Assembly: GCA_040954595.2 (NCBI GenBank)
Contig: CM082593.2
Coordinates: 1,560,901 to 1,624,900 of the forward strand
Source of the DNA: Balanoglossus misakiensis
Taxonomy: Eukaryota; Animalia; Hemichordata
DNA length: 64,000 nucleotides
Direction of reading: 5' to 3'
The notes under the pieces are model-generated. The model searched no databases. It had not been told where the DNA came from and saw only the letters and a program-made list of their open reading frames with translations. The translations under genes and the position numbers were made by a program. This document shows, piece by piece, positions 24,618-39,846 of the stretch (position 1 is its first letter; the number at the start of each line of letters is the position of its first letter).

Positions 24618-27600
24618 AATTCACACCCTGTTGAACATCCTGCAAATGAAAACTGCGCCCAAATAAAAATTGATCACAGTGAATGAGGATCTCTGAATCA
24701 ATATTACAAAAATCGCCTTTTCGCTTTTTTTTCACGTGTATTCTTAGAGCGCGATGACACAGATGTACTAGCCTAAGCGGCTGTCCATCAAACACAACTC
24801 AGAATGGAGAATAAATGCAATTAACTCTCAAAAATAAGGACCTCCTGCTCTTTGCTCGCACGCACTCTAGAAGAATTCCAACCCTCTAATAATTGCGAAA
24901 AAAGCCTCTTAGAGAAGTGATTGCTTAATATCAAGATGGCTGACAAATAAAATGTTGGTCGTCTGCCGCAACATCTGAGCTAATGATGCTATTTGACCCT
25001 TGTTTCTTTCCAATTTCAATGATGGTTTCCTTCACTCTCATTTCAACCTGCATCACCAATTTCATCCCCCGATACATGGCAACCTGTGGACATTTTCAGT
25101 CCCAGCTGTTGATACTTTTGTAAACTTGTTGAAACTTTCCCTGGGTTGACATATTGGGATGTAGTTACATTTTTACTGTCTTTATGATAAAGTCTCTGAC
25201 AAAGATTGTCTTTGTTTTTGAAGTGCGCCATATATTCTCTGGGGATTGATAGTGTGACACTGCCAACTCTGTAACAGCCCCACTTGAAACCACCTGATGT
25301 TTTTGCTGGGCATGGTTGCCATTCTATGATTCCCCTTTTCATCCCTGGCAAGCGAACCGCCGCAACTTTACTTCGAAGGACGAAAATTGTTCAAAACGTG
25401 AAGTAGCGCATACATAAGACATGTAAGCATGTAATCTGTCGAGCTGAAATCGCCACTTTTCATATTAGCAACAGCTGTTTGAAAAAACTTACAAATGAAA
25501 TTCATATCATCAATTATTTTCCAGTCACAGGGTGACAACACAATAAACTCATTCATCATAGGACACTGGTGGCCATAAACTGCAAACTTTCGAAAGTGTC
25601 ACTTTTCAGAAGAAACTCAACAAATTGTATGTTTCACCTGAAGAACTACATTTCTAATCCCATAGCAACTTTTGGACAAACCAGACAAATTATATCACAA
25701 GTGAAACTCTTTTGTAGTATTTTTTAATCCCTCCTCGGAGTAAATGACAACCACTTTTTTACTCCATTTTTGACAAGCACTCACATAAATCCTACCCCCT
25801 GCCTGAGATTAACCCCTGAACTTTCCCCAGCTTACCCTCTGACCCATTGCAACCACCAGGTGTATATACAAAAATAAACATTGATATGCATAAATATGGG
25901 GTAAATATTAAAATGCAGTTTTGCAGGCTGGATATTTTGATGTTCACACATGTTTGCACACACTATATATAGCAGAAGAAACGGTTTTCTATTTTTAATT
26001 TGACTGTTACAAGATAAACCAAAACTACCTGAGATCATAATTTTGAGGGTATCATAGAACTCGATATTATGTGACATAAAACACATAATCTATAGTCTCC
26101 AAAGTGAAACTACTGTACGCCATAAATAGCCCTCCGACCGGTTGCAGTGAATTCTTCTCTATAATCATGAAATCCAATATTTTTGTCTCAAAATAGCACT
26201 TTCTTGATTTTGTGGTGTTCTTCTCTCTCTTTTGCTACCATGCATTATAAATGAGTAACTGTGCACATTGATCTGAGGTCAATGAAGTTGGTTAACTGCG
26301 AGAGAAAAAATACTGAAAGGGGGATTTTCGCTGATTGCTGAAATCAGTTGCCCATGAAGATGGAAAATCGGTCAAGATTGAAAAAAGAAATGGAATGTAC
26401 CACGTAGACTTCGGGAAAACGTTTGCAGCATGTTGGGTGAGAGCATCGCGGGTAATTATGATGCTAAAACGTGACGTGAATCCGCAGACAACTGAGATGT
26501 GAGCACAGATTTTGGAAAGCCTAGAGCTCGCAGGGGTATGTGACTGTATTCGTACAGTGATGATATGTGGAGATAATACATGTCCCATGTAGGTAGGTTA
26601 TTAGGTTTATAGGTGAATGAAACATTGGCTTTTTTGACTACGTGGCAGGCAGATAACTGGAACACAACCTTATAATAAATGACCACTTAGAGTGTTCTGC
26701 TGGCTGTCAAAAAATTGGATTTCCAAAGCTTCATGGGGAACATAAAATTGCTATCTTGGTAATTGTCTGCATCAAGCCTTTTCCTAACTGAGGTTCTGTT
26801 AACTTCAGTGGAACAAATTTACAGTAATTGTGTGTACAAAGAACCAAAAATTCTAGTGATTTATATTTTTGGTTCAAGTCACGGAAAAGTCATTGAAGAG
26901 GCATATTTTTTTTGCAATGGCAAACTAAGATTTTCTGCATAAGACAAGATAGAACTGATTCTTATAAAAGTCGCTAAGGACAGTGCAGGGACATGTTATT
27001 CTACCCTGCACACTTCTTCCCTCTGGGGACGCGACAAGGCAATTCCAAACTGCATACTCACCCATGTGGCAGCAGGGAAAAACAGGGAATATATTTTTTC
27101 AAATTTAGCTCCCGGAAATCTGTCGCAATGCTGGATGACTCAGTACCATGTTCAACTCTTGGCCTTGAGGAACAATTCCCAAGGTATTAACCTTTGCAGG
27201 AATCGTGACAAATTGCGTCTATAACCGTCTACTTTGTTTGATTGCTCAACACTTTCGAGTTCTGCACTTCCGTTTGGCCGTTTATGACCTGTCGCAAACT
27301 TGCAGTTTAAAAATGCAGAAATGCTGTCTTTCGCGCAAAGGTCTGGATTGAAAATCATGGGTAACGAGATGATTGACATATCAAATAAAGATTAACTGCC
27401 TCAGAGGTTCTCGCATCTGTGACAAAAAATCACAAATTAGCGAAAGAGTATTTCTCAGCTTTCATATCAGCCTTATTTTAAGATCTCGCTGTAACCAGAC
27501 TCTCAATCAAGGGTTTGGTCTGAGTCCAGAAAAAAAGGCAAGAATTCGAGTGAAATAAAAAAAATTTAAAATCATTCTACCATTTAAAATTGTGCATTTT

Positions 27601-28161
27601 AACAAAAAGACTTTCTATAATTACATTAAGCACGGAAACCACTTGATGTGTCTATAGTGTGTTATCTTGCATCGATAATATCTGATGGTACACAGTCAAT
27701 GACTCCATTAACACTATTAATTGGAATTTAATGAGACGAATGCAGATCAATAATAAATGCACTTGTTTAATCAATCATTACTCGCCTGGCAATATTTAAC
27801 ATTTTTGGTTGGGTGCTACGGCCAGTATTTCAGGGGCCTGGGTAAAAAAGCCACGGGGTTACTGGTGAAATTAATTTTGTTTGCTATGCACTTCACAATA
27901 TTTTGACAGAAATGCCCACAGCAACAAGCCTGGAAGCCCCCAGTGGACTTCGCCGGGGAATTACAGCTTTGAATGAAATACGGCAGATGTGCGCGATATC
28001 ACGTACGCTCACACTTTATCAGTCGAGCAATATAGCAACACTTGGATGTCGTCACGGAATAATAAGGATTCATTCTCTCCTGACTTTAAAAACACAGCCA
28101 TTTACTCAGTCCACTGTTGATATAGTTTTACGATGCAAACTCGTAATGAACCCGACCAACA

Positions 28162-28254
28162 TACACTCTGTCATCCCTATATTCTTGTACATGGTTGCAA
28201 CCACGTCATTGAAAACAATGGGACTGAACCAATTTCCAGCAGGGAGAGGGTTGA
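28162..28254 (-). mobile_element. Degraded second copy of the 93-bp TTAA-flanked MITE-like element
   Basis: The reverse complement (tcaaccctctccc...cccattgttttcaatg...gggatgacagagtgta) is colinear with 61474-61566 and has the same length. Confidence 0.5.
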
Positions 28255-31200
28255 TAAATCTGTAAAATGCTCACCTCTCTGTTTTCCTTCTGCTTGAAAA
28301 TTCTTTCATTGATAAATTTAGCAGATCCTGGAATGAAATAAAATGGAATTTAACGTTGTAAGTGAAAATCTAGGTGCTCCCAGAATAAGTCAAAACTGAA
28401 TAATAAAATTGCAATGGAAACAGAACCTGATGTACTCAACGAAATGGGGTGAAATCAATCAATTTCTGTTCTTGACTTTGGGTCATTCATCTTAATTAAC
28501 AAGTAGCAGCAAAAACGTCAATGAAAAAGATTGTCTTGTAGTTGCACTGTCTTCAATCTTCTGTCTGACTTGTCAACTGTCACAGTTGATGACCACTGTT
28601 GGCTGAGGAGTGCCTGTTCACATTTCAACACTTTAATTCAACTTTCGGAACATTTCAAATCAAATCTAGGTAAATGCACCAGTAATTATGTCTTTTAATT
28701 TTCATTTCGCAAAAACATCTTCCATCTTACTTATTTTTCCATATCTAATGTTAAGTGTCATCACTGCCCTGGCAGTGGGGGTGGGGTTATTCTTTTGGAG
28801 CTCAAAAATCTGACACATAGGGAACACATAACAATATTTAGATGAGTCAGATCTTGATGAGAATGCGTGAGGTGGTTGCAAGAAAATATCACAAGGAATG
28901 TCAATGTCTTCCATATGCAGGGATTCACGTAATAGTTATGTGCAATATTTGGAGGAATAAAATAAAGCTTTTCTGAGCAACACTGCTTACTACATGTAAG
29001 TCAACCATTAGATCATCTGTATTGAAAACGTAGCATCGCGATCCGAGGTGAATTATAGTTTGTTTCACATATCACGGCCACTGTGTGATGCTACTACCTG
29101 AGAAATGTATTTCTAGGGGGCGGTTATGGAGATCATATATATCAATGGATGCATGTAAGATGAGAACTGTTTCGCTGGGGTAAAATTAGACTAATGGCCA
29201 TGCGTAGACACACGACACAGTAGTTTTGCTGCAAGAGATATCAATATTTTAATTTCTGAAACACAAGACCACTTTTTCTTAATGGTTTCATAAAAAGTTA
29301 AATTCATCATTTTGTTACATATAAGGCTGTCAAAAAATCAATACAAAAAGTGTTAATATGACAGGTAATGATTTTGTTTATTGTCACTATCAAAATGATT
29401 GGTTACATGGTTATTGTTAGTTCATAATTTTAATCTGTCTGTGTACATTGTCGTACAGCCGTTTAATATTGCATCTTTCTTGGATGATATGCACAATCTT
29501 AGAAGATTTCTTCTTACGGAAGTGATTTCATTTTTTAATGAAACTCCCAGAAACACTGAGTTCAATTTGATGTCATAAACAACCACTGCCGACTTCAAAA
29601 ATATCGGGTATTCTAAGCAGTCTTAATGCCGAAATCCAAATGTCCAATTTGCACGAGGCGTTCGACCAATGAGACATGAGCTTCCAGATAGAATACCCCC
29701 TAAGATACTAGAAGTAGTCAACCGACTGCAGCCCTCCCTAGAATTGAATGCATTGAATACTTCGAAACCTCTTAACTGATATCTCGCACAATGACATTAG
29801 CTATTTACATCACAGGACGTCAATTTGACGCATGAGAAAAAGAAACGGCCTTATTGGTTTCGCAATGAGCTACTGACATCTGAGAACTGGTGCAGCTAAT
29901 AGCTTAACTACCAAAAGACAGGACTGTAAGACTTCATCTCGGTTACTAATACCCGACCAAACACAAATCAAGGCTTCCTATTCTATCAACAAAAAACTAG
30001 CACGCAGCATCCAAATTACCCAATTTCACACAGAAATTTGTAATCAAAACCACCGACAGTTTCCGACATCCAATCACTCAAACAACTGGGTATCATCTTG
30101 TTCAATATTGTCCATATGAATTTTTTGCAAGATGTGGCACGGCGCAGCACAATGTCGGTCATTTCCTAATTTACAACGAACAAACACAAACGGAAACCCG
30201 TAAAATTTTCAGACCAAGCTGAACTCAAAGCGTGTACACTGCAGCAAACCCATATTTGAAAGAAAAAAACATGACAGTTCACAGTATGCAGACGGCTACA
30301 AATACTGCAACACCGTAATAATCAGCTGAGGATCGAAAAAAGTAATATTATCCTATCACGATTATAGACGTGTTGACCACTACTGCCAATAACGGCAGGG
30401 ATAAAAAACTTGTCACAGTTTGTTTATTTCATTTTTCAACAACCAGAAGTAAATGACAACTGCACAATGATCTCCGAGACTGATCCGAGCCCTGGAGACC
30501 CCTTGCAGCTCCGACTGTACGTCATAAAGAGCAAGTCGGCCATAATTCAAATATTATGTATTTATAATAACTGTCAGGAACAAGAAGAATATACGCGTGG
30601 TTTAATATCTTCTGAGGTGTACTAAAGGCAGCGGAATCTCATAAAATATGACCATCTCACTTTATGACTAGTTAGTTTATCATGTTGGTGACTTTTGTCC
30701 TTTTGTTTGCGTCAGGGGGTGAGAAAAAAGTGTCCGCAAATGAAGTGATTTTTATTGATATTTCTGTTTTTCATAAGGCCCCGGCTTTGTTCAAATAAAT
30801 GTTGGACGTTTCGAAATAACTAAACGAGAACCCCTGACTACATGTTGAGTGATATTCAGAAGCTTGATGAGGATGATAATAGCAATACAATGTACATCTG
30901 ATTCAAGAATGTACACAAGGGTGTTGATAAAAAAATGCTGGTATTAGATTTGGAAATCTGCCGTTAAGAAAAATACAAACAGGAAAACTGCAAAAAGCGA
31001 AGTATCTGACGCGATGAAAAGAGCTCACTGGAAGCAACGAATACCAAATCAAGCACAGCAACACCAGACAACTCAACCGAACCTGCACTGACTTGTAGCC
31101 GCCTGACTAAACCCTAGTTTCAGATTCTGAGCGCGAGATGACAGCAGCTAATCACATACACACGCGCGCCAGCCAGCCAGAACTCGAGGAATAATGAATG

Positions 31201-34200
31201 GAACCGCCCCAGATAAGCCCAGTTTGTGGCCAAGGCCGCTGCAGTTTGACCTCAGAAACACGGCAACCATGTGACTTGCTGGGGAAATATGCTAATTCCT
31301 GATACACTGGGTGAAGTCAATTACATCTGTTTCATTGGCCGTGAACCGATATTAACTGTGCTTAATGGTGAACTGGCACACCATACACTCATGGACATTA
31401 TTCGATATCATCGCACTCGAGCATGTCTGCTTAATCCTAAAACATTGGAATTTCATGTCGTGGTCAGACAGAGTGATTACATTAGCCTCATTGTTGTCAT
31501 TACGAGAACAGCGGATATTTTTCGGGAAAACGAAAATGTTTTATCTAGGTGAATGCACAATATTGGCTTGCATGGGAAAACACACAAGATGTTTATTGGA
31601 AAACACTTGACGGCAAGCAACAGGGCTGTAATTGAATAGGACAAATCCTCAATTAATATGACCATCATTTTACTACGTTAATGCCGGACTTATTGAGTGA
31701 ATTAATTGTGAATATATTACATATATACTACAGGGCCAAATACTACCGGTATATGTGTATTTACGCTTTTAAAAACAACAACGATTAAAAATATTATATT
31801 TCAGACATCACCTTGATAAATAATATTCCGTTGTGGGTAAATTTAGCAAGGCAAGACGTAAAAGCTAGACAGATTAATTTGAAAATGCACAGATCATGGT
31901 TCTCCGTTTTTTTCTTTTAATGTGATGAGAATGAAATTTTCATGAACACCGCCGTTTGCGTTCTGCCGAGACTCAGATGGCTACGCTCAGAAACAATTAC
32001 CGAACAACAATATATAACATCAATAAAAACTGCAACTTATGCGTCGAGATACGCTCCCTCTCATCAAGGGTCAACATTTTCCTTCACGGTACGTTAGTTG
32101 CCGGGGCAACCAGGTGATGGAGTGATGAAAAAGCAGAGATCAATCAGTTCATAGAATGATCTCAACAGAGAAAGATATAAAAAATGACAGATGATGGAAT
32201 AGCAGGTTTCCAGCCTACACAAAAGCTTGTTTCACGTCTAATCAAGTGTTACCTATTTAGGTTCTTAGATTTATATTTATCAGCAGGTTTTTCTTTCCTG
32301 TTTTTAATTCAACACCATCGCAATGACACGTTAAAGGGTGCAAGAATGAAGTTGATACAATCTTGATATGTGCAGTTAATCAGTTAGACCTGTAAGTTCC
32401 ATAATATTATATTCCATTAGAAGTGATAAGCTGTCATGTTTATTAATTTTGCTGTTTTTAGAGTCCAAAAAATTTTCATTTGCTGTAAACCCAGAGAAAA
32501 ATGCTAGTACTGCTTCCCTCCTTTAAAAAAAATTTGGGACATAAATGAAACCAGCACCAAATTTTGACAGCTCAAATTAATTAAATTTCTATAACACCAT
32601 GTGTTTAAAAAGATTTGTAGGCAAATGAACCATTCTGACATACAAGTACAGCTTAATTTCTATTTGCCTTCAGGGCACACTTTCTTAACAATTCCTGTAA
32701 CAACGACCATCATATGATGTAAACGTAGTGAGTGTATTTAATGTATGTTCATACAAATATTAGTACACTTTGTGGATGAGGCCAGAGTAATTAAATTTTG
32801 TGTTTCACACCATTTCTACCTGTATAATTGTCTCTCCAGCCTTGCTTGTTTTGTGTTCTCTCTCTCTGTCTCTTTTAACATAAAAGACCCTGATGAAAAC
32901 TGGCCCAGACTGACACCAAGTCATGGTCAAATACAAAAATCAACAACACTACAACCATACAAAGGAAGAAAAAGACACCTTGATGTGATGCGAGAACAAG
33001 TATTGCTCATGAGAAAACAGAATAGCTAATGCTTTGCACAAGGAATACCTGTACGAAGTTGCCACAGCTAACTTGACTGCCCACCGACTAGACCAACTGA
33101 CAAGACCAACCGTTGTCCTCCCTCCGTGAGCATCCCTTGGCAATAAAATTCCGCTTGATATAGTTGGTGATTTATAGTCTGACTTGACCCACTACTTTTG
33201 AGATTCAATGAGGTGGAAAGCTTGCATCATAATCCCTCGTCTCACTCTTGAACAAAACACTTGGCCGGGGCACAAACAGCGTTGTTCCCTTGTCATTGTG
33301 GGGGTTTCATAATCGTTTCTGGAACTGGGGGAGTCAGCTCTGTGCCACATTGGACTTTTTCTCTCCTCCTTCTTCCCCCTGGGTTTTGCAATTTGTAAGC
33401 TGGCGGCCAATAGCCAAGATCCATGGCACAGTCATTTTCCCCCAAATGAAAGCATACCCTCTCAAAAAGCAACTGAGCTATATTCACAAAGCCCAGTCAA
33501 ACTAACTTTTTTTTCACATCCAAAACCAGAAAAGTTGACTCAAAAGATCAAGCGTTCAGCTAGGCTAGTCAAAGTAATCCTACTTTACATTGTTGACAAT
33601 ATGCTATTTTGATATGTGTCGCAATGTAATAACGTTGGCTGACAGACCCGTACATTCAATGACTACACAGATCCCTAACCTTGAGAAGTTAAACTTTGAC
33701 ATTGCAACCACAGAATCACGCAGTGCCAACACGCTGCTGAAATTAACCTCAACATTCTACCAGGTATGAAATTCATCATTTTTTTTCTCATTTCACAATT
33801 TGTAAAGAAAACAGTAATGTCAACCTTACAAGTGTTGTCGTCAACACTCAATAAACAAACAACCTGCAGTCATACTTACTTCGACCACTGCTCTCAATAA
33901 ATGTCAGGCCGTTTTTCCCTTCCACACTGTGTCACTACTCTTTTTCGAGAATAAAAATTCCAGCACGGACCTGTCTACCATCGACAGAAGCCATCCAGCT
34001 AAACTTTCCTAAGTGTAAATTTTTTTACCCTGGGGTGGTACTGCCGATGTGAGCAGAATTCGATAGTCCGGTGACTTGTATGTTGAGAGAAGCAGACTGC
34101 CCGTGCTCGCACTTTGCCTTTGTTTGCGAGCGTAACTGATACATGCACTGTGTGTCAGTGGACAATTTCCATTTGACAGTTACAAATGGTGGTACCTTGG

Positions 34201-37200
34201 CCCACTCTGGCCTCTTCAATACAACCTGCTGGCAAGACCAGCCCCCCTGTACGACACACACCGTGCCAGGACAAAGTGCCAAACCTACAACAAACGCTTC
34301 TGAACCAAGCAAATAAAATCAAACCACAACCCAGGATCAGAAAACCTCCCGTTTTATTTTGGTTTTACTTTTTGTGACAAGAGAGGAATTTTCCACTGTC
34401 GGCCGTGAGAGTCGGGCGTTCAGGGACGTGAACACCAGTCGTGTAAACTTGGAGTCTTTGTTCGCCGTGTTTCCCCGAGTTCACAAGTGGACAGGCTTGA
34501 TAGCCTTTAAGACACTCCAATACAATTAGTGACCTTTGAATCAGATCCAAATAAAACAACTTCAGATCAATTTCTTGCAGACAGCAACTCTACTTTAAAC
34601 ACTTCCATTATAACACTTGCATATAGCTTTTTTATGGTTGAACTCCGTTTGATTTAAAGTCTTTGCTAAGATAACTGACAGTAAATTCATCATCATCTTG
34701 TCGTTTTTTCCCTCCCTACAATTTATGGCACTTGCATTCAGAAGTGCGTACGCCAGCTCCCAGTATTCATTTTCCCTTTCTGGGATAATAAATTCAAAAT
34801 TTATGCTTCGGATCAGCCAATAATTAGTAGTCGATTGAAGTCCAATCAACATGCACCTCTCATGTGGGTTAGGCATCGCAAAGACAAGCATTCTGATTCA
34901 CTGTAAGGGACCTGTCTGTTTTAATGTATTACCAATAAGCAGTGTCGGGTTGTACAGGAATGGGCCGGGTTACTTGTATCCAACAAGAGTTCCAGAAGTA
35001 TTTCTCTTTCAAGTTGTCGGCAGTAACAATTTCTCCAGTGTTATACAGTGGCCTGGGTTTTTTTCTCCACCGACCACAAAACGTCAGACAACCTATTCAA
35101 GTCTTAGAAGACCTAATCACACAAAAAAAAAACAGCCTTACCACACCACAAGATCACACATGCTAACTGCAATTTGTTAACACATTGTCACACCACTTAA
35201 ACATTCATAAAAGTCCACAAAAAATATAAGTGAAAACTTTCACCTGATTGCATAGTCATACAAAAAAGTCACATTTCAGTCTTGCATCGACTCTAATCCT
35301 GTGAACAAGGTGTATCTACCATCAACATCTGTACCACTTGCCGATTCACAAAAGAAACAACTATGTGACCAGCATGCTTCCTTCAAAGCTCAAATATTTT
35401 AACCAGCCGTCAAAAAAGTCACTCATCCTGAACTGCTATTCACTACCCGAAAGTCTGCAACATGATATCAACTGCAAGGTGATCCATTTTTTTCATGAAA
35501 ACCCAGTTTCCAAGTACCTTTCTCATACATTTTCAGCAAATATATGTTATTGTACGGAGACAATTTTGATGCAAACGTCTAGACAATTCCATAACTTGTT
35601 CTTAAAATTAAAAAAAATATTTAATTTTGCAAATTATTTCAGGAACCGACAATTTTTAGGGCATTTGAAATTCAGGACGTGTAAAGTCCCTGAGTATGAA
35701 TACCACTTGGATTGTTTCTTCATGACCAGTGAACCGTGCATCTACTTACATTTGTAGCCTGCAGCAAATTGGGTGTTTTCTACAACTTCCGACCGACTCC
35801 GCTGATTATACCACCATCTTTGATGGCTCCGGAGAACTCAACAGGGGCTAGTCTGCCACTCCTCGCGATCACATTAAAATTTCATCACTTGTTAGAAATA
35901 ATGTGCAGCAAACACACTCGAAACAACGCATCTCAGACTTCTACTGTACCTGCACGGTGCCTGGAGCAACATTTCCACACCTACGCAACAGAAGAGACGC
36001 TACAATTCCGACCAGGAGAAATGTCCACTGAAGTGGCTGATATGTCATAACTGCATGATGTCAGCTACTACATGCATTGTGAAAAAAATGGCTAAAAAAA
36101 TATGGCCAACAAGGCCTATTTTACCAACTTGGAACTAGCATTCTGTGGTTGTTGGTTTTCAAACGTCCTACTTTCTCTTCCATCTGTCAGAACAAATAAG
36201 CCCGACTATATCTTTCAAATGGCAAAGGTGCCAAGGTGATGAACTGAAAGGATATAATCCTACGTGTGGAAATTGTGGACACTGACATCGTAAATATGCA
36301 ATGCAGTTTGGAAAACTGTACTTCTACATTAATTAATCAACCAACCACCAATGAATTAAGCTTTCAATCAATCAATAATCAATCAGCTGAAACATACACC
36401 CCCTCCCTCCCTCCCTCTCTCACTCATTCACAATCTACAGTGGTGGTGTACTTTATTCTGAATCTCATGTTTGTTGCTTTGGAAACTTTTTTTCTCATCA
36501 TATTATTCTTTTACTGTTTTTACTGATTGATAGATAGAACAGCTCCTGTTAACTGTCGGCCTGTATCTGTCAGCCTCTCTCTTAAAAAGCCGACATTTCG
36601 TAGCACACCACTACAGGTGCACTTCTGTAAAACAGCAAGGTGTACTTTTTGAGATGAAGGTCATATGTCAGTAGGTCATAGGTCTGCGCAATTTACTGTA
36701 GCAATATGAATTTGAAGAGCACGTATGGTGTTGTCTGAAACCCTTGACGATAAATATGCAAAGTAGAAGACGCGATGATTGACGTATGGAGTAAAAAATT
36801 TGCCGAGTTAGAGGGTCTCCTTTTTGAAGCCTGTTAACTTCTATTTGAATCTCGTGACAAAGATTCCGATTGTTTACTACGATGACTAGAGCAGGGGCTT
36901 CTCTTGAGTATGACAGGGCCCAGTAATTGGATCAATTTACGCTGTGTTGACATTAGGGTCTGTGTGAGTAGGACTCACTATGTTTCAATGTTATTGCAGC
37001 ACACAGCCTTCAGAATAGGTCTGGCCACTCGTTTGTCCGCGGATGAGCGAATTCAACAACTGCAAAAGCAGCTCACAGCTCAAAATAAAATACGACCTGC
37101 ACCAATCGTTTCCTTTGTTGCGACAGTTTCTGCCGAGACTGCTAAAATAACTCTCTTGTGTGGCACTCTCTCTAGCTTTGCCGTATATCAACACGCTGGA

Positions 37201-39822
37201 ACAAAACCAAACGTGTTTTCGCAGCATTGTAATAGTGGCCAACAAACCAGCTCACTTTGTGGACTTCTGAAGAATACAGTAAATTCAGCAACTGAAAACT
37301 TTTAAAATCATTTAAAACATGTAATGAGGTTCAAATGCTTATGGTTAAGTTTTGTTCTCAGAAGCAAATAGAGTCATTACGATGCAAAGATTAGAAAGAT
37401 GATATTGACGTTGAATGATTCCATTTTATTGAACATCCAACCAGTTTACGATCAATACACTAATTGAAAGAATGACCATGATTCTTTTGATGAAGTTTGT
37501 TTAATTAATGACTTAAGTGACTTTTCAAGACTGTCCCCGAAATGACCTTGTTTCTCATTCAGGAGTGTTATCACAAAACCTCATCTCCCCCATCTCCAAT
37601 TACAACTCACCACACCCCCATAGTGTTCATCCACAATACTCAATGTCAATGTACAAAATGGTACGGATGATTCAGATTTTTCCCCCTTTCACTTTCTTTG
37701 TCATGAGACTTGACAAAACAGAAATACGAGTTAATTGAGGTTCCCACGCTGTACTGACTCTCATCTTACAGTTTCAACCACTTCCAAATATCTCAAAATG
37801 CCGAAAAAAGTTTTGTTCTGGACTTTTATCATCAGGTTCTGTCAGATATGATAGAATTCTGTCATGGCTTTGAAGTGTTTGACAACTATCCAACCAAATA
37901 AACAGTGAACAACAGACTATGTTGTCGTGCCCTAAAAACATGGTTCCAACGAAACTATAGGAGTTTGGATTCTGATCACTGCCAGGTAGTTGGCTCAAAA
38001 TTCTGAGAAACACTGGAGTATAGACAACCCAATCACCAACAAACAAACAAGTGCCCTGATTGGTTACTTTTGCCAGTCTCTCGTCTAGTGATTTCCAACT
38101 TTGAGAATCTGAAATCAGTCCAGATTTGTGTACGTAATTTGAAACAATTAGAACCAGACTACAGAAAAGAAAAGTGATAATGGTGCCCCTTTGCATGAAA
38201 AACCAATAAAGTTTGGACATGATCTAAAAGTCAAGGTGGAGCAGTATCTGAATCAATCATAAAAAGCAATTTCTGAGGAAATTGTTGCAAACTGCACCAT
38301 GTCAAACCAACACAACTGGACACATTCAGTCACAAGATCATATTTATGATGGTTTCCTGAACAACATGACAGGTGTGCGACACATACTTCTGCTTTTTTC
38401 CCCCACAAGTCTTCAAAAAATAAAACAAGATTTCCGCTATCTGAATTACAATTCCTGTAAATCAATCAAGTGCAGAGAGTGATTCCTGGGGTATTGAAAA
38501 CTCTTATGGTGCAGTAATTTTTTTTTTGCTTCATCATTAAAAACAGAACCATACATCACAAAGTTGGCAGAGATCCAGCATTGTTGCGCGCTTTCCCAAG
38601 CACATTTTCCCAAGTGCTGATAGGATGTCTTCGTAATGATTAGAGTCTTGCAACAGCAGGCTATTTTCACAAAACACTGATTTTTTTTCTGTATTTAACG
38701 TCAAAAATGGCAGACTTTGCCGCTTGCCTCTGTTAAAAACTGCAGCATTGTTTCTGAAAGTCGCGTAACATATTTTGTAAGTAACCTTTAGGCAACGATT
38801 GCTAGCGTACAGAGCAGTGACGAGGGTGATTGTGTTTGCCATCTGGAGAAATTTGATTGGACGCTTGCAGTATTATCAGCGATTGTGATTGGGTATCTTG
38901 GAAAAAAGCCAGGCCTGCCTCGGCAATTAGAACATAATGTGAATCTGTATCTTTGGTTATGAATGTGTCGATCTTAAGTAGCCATAAACTATGTCAGGAA
39001 ACCCCTGCAGTTTGATTGGTCGTTGGACAACTTGTAGAAATGCAACAGGGATGGACAGGAGAATTGTCAGGTCGGTCGGTACTCCTTCTGTGACCTTTGA
39101 ATTGTTTCTGAAATGTTGCCTGCACAGTCGAATATGGCAATACACTATTAAGAAAGAGATATATACAGCCAGAACACACGATATCAACATCAGCTTCTAG
39201 TATTTCTCAATTCTTACACTGCACTCTATGACAAGTCTAACTAATAGTTATTACGAAATCACTTTTCATGGAAAAAATAAAATCTGCCGTGACTGTTTCA
39301 TTACTGGCAACATACAACAAGCCAAGTGGTTATAGTTTACGTTTATCAATCATGTCACCGTTTTTGATAGTGGAAGAATGTTCGCTCCCCTGCTGAAACT
39401 ACAAAAGTGTGTTTCCAAGAACTCGGTTACACATTAATTTACTTATCTTGCAATCTGAATAGTGTACATTTGCAGTCTGTATGTGTTTTGCTGTGTCCCC
39501 GTATGACCTATCAATTCCTGGCACATATTTCAGTATCTCTTGTGACACTGGACAAACAAATCATGGCTTACCCCAGCACACGGTCAAACACTCGGCTGAC
39601 CGATCAGAAGCTGTTTCACTCTACAGCTTCTTGCTGTTCAAATGAATTTTAGTTTGAATTTTCAAGAATGAGGATAGTCAATCCAATTTGGTCTAAACTG
39701 AAATTAACTGTGGTGCAACATCAATTCTGCACTAGCCCTCAGATTCATAAAATCAACATGTTACAACTCCCTAACCAAAGACTTCACACATTTTTGCAAA
39801 TAAAACAATTACTCCATATCTC

Positions 39823-39846
39823 TAAATTAAATTAAATTAAATTAAA
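39823..39846. repeat. (TAAAT)n microsatellite
   Basis: taaattaaattaaattaaattaaa. Confidence 0.8.
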
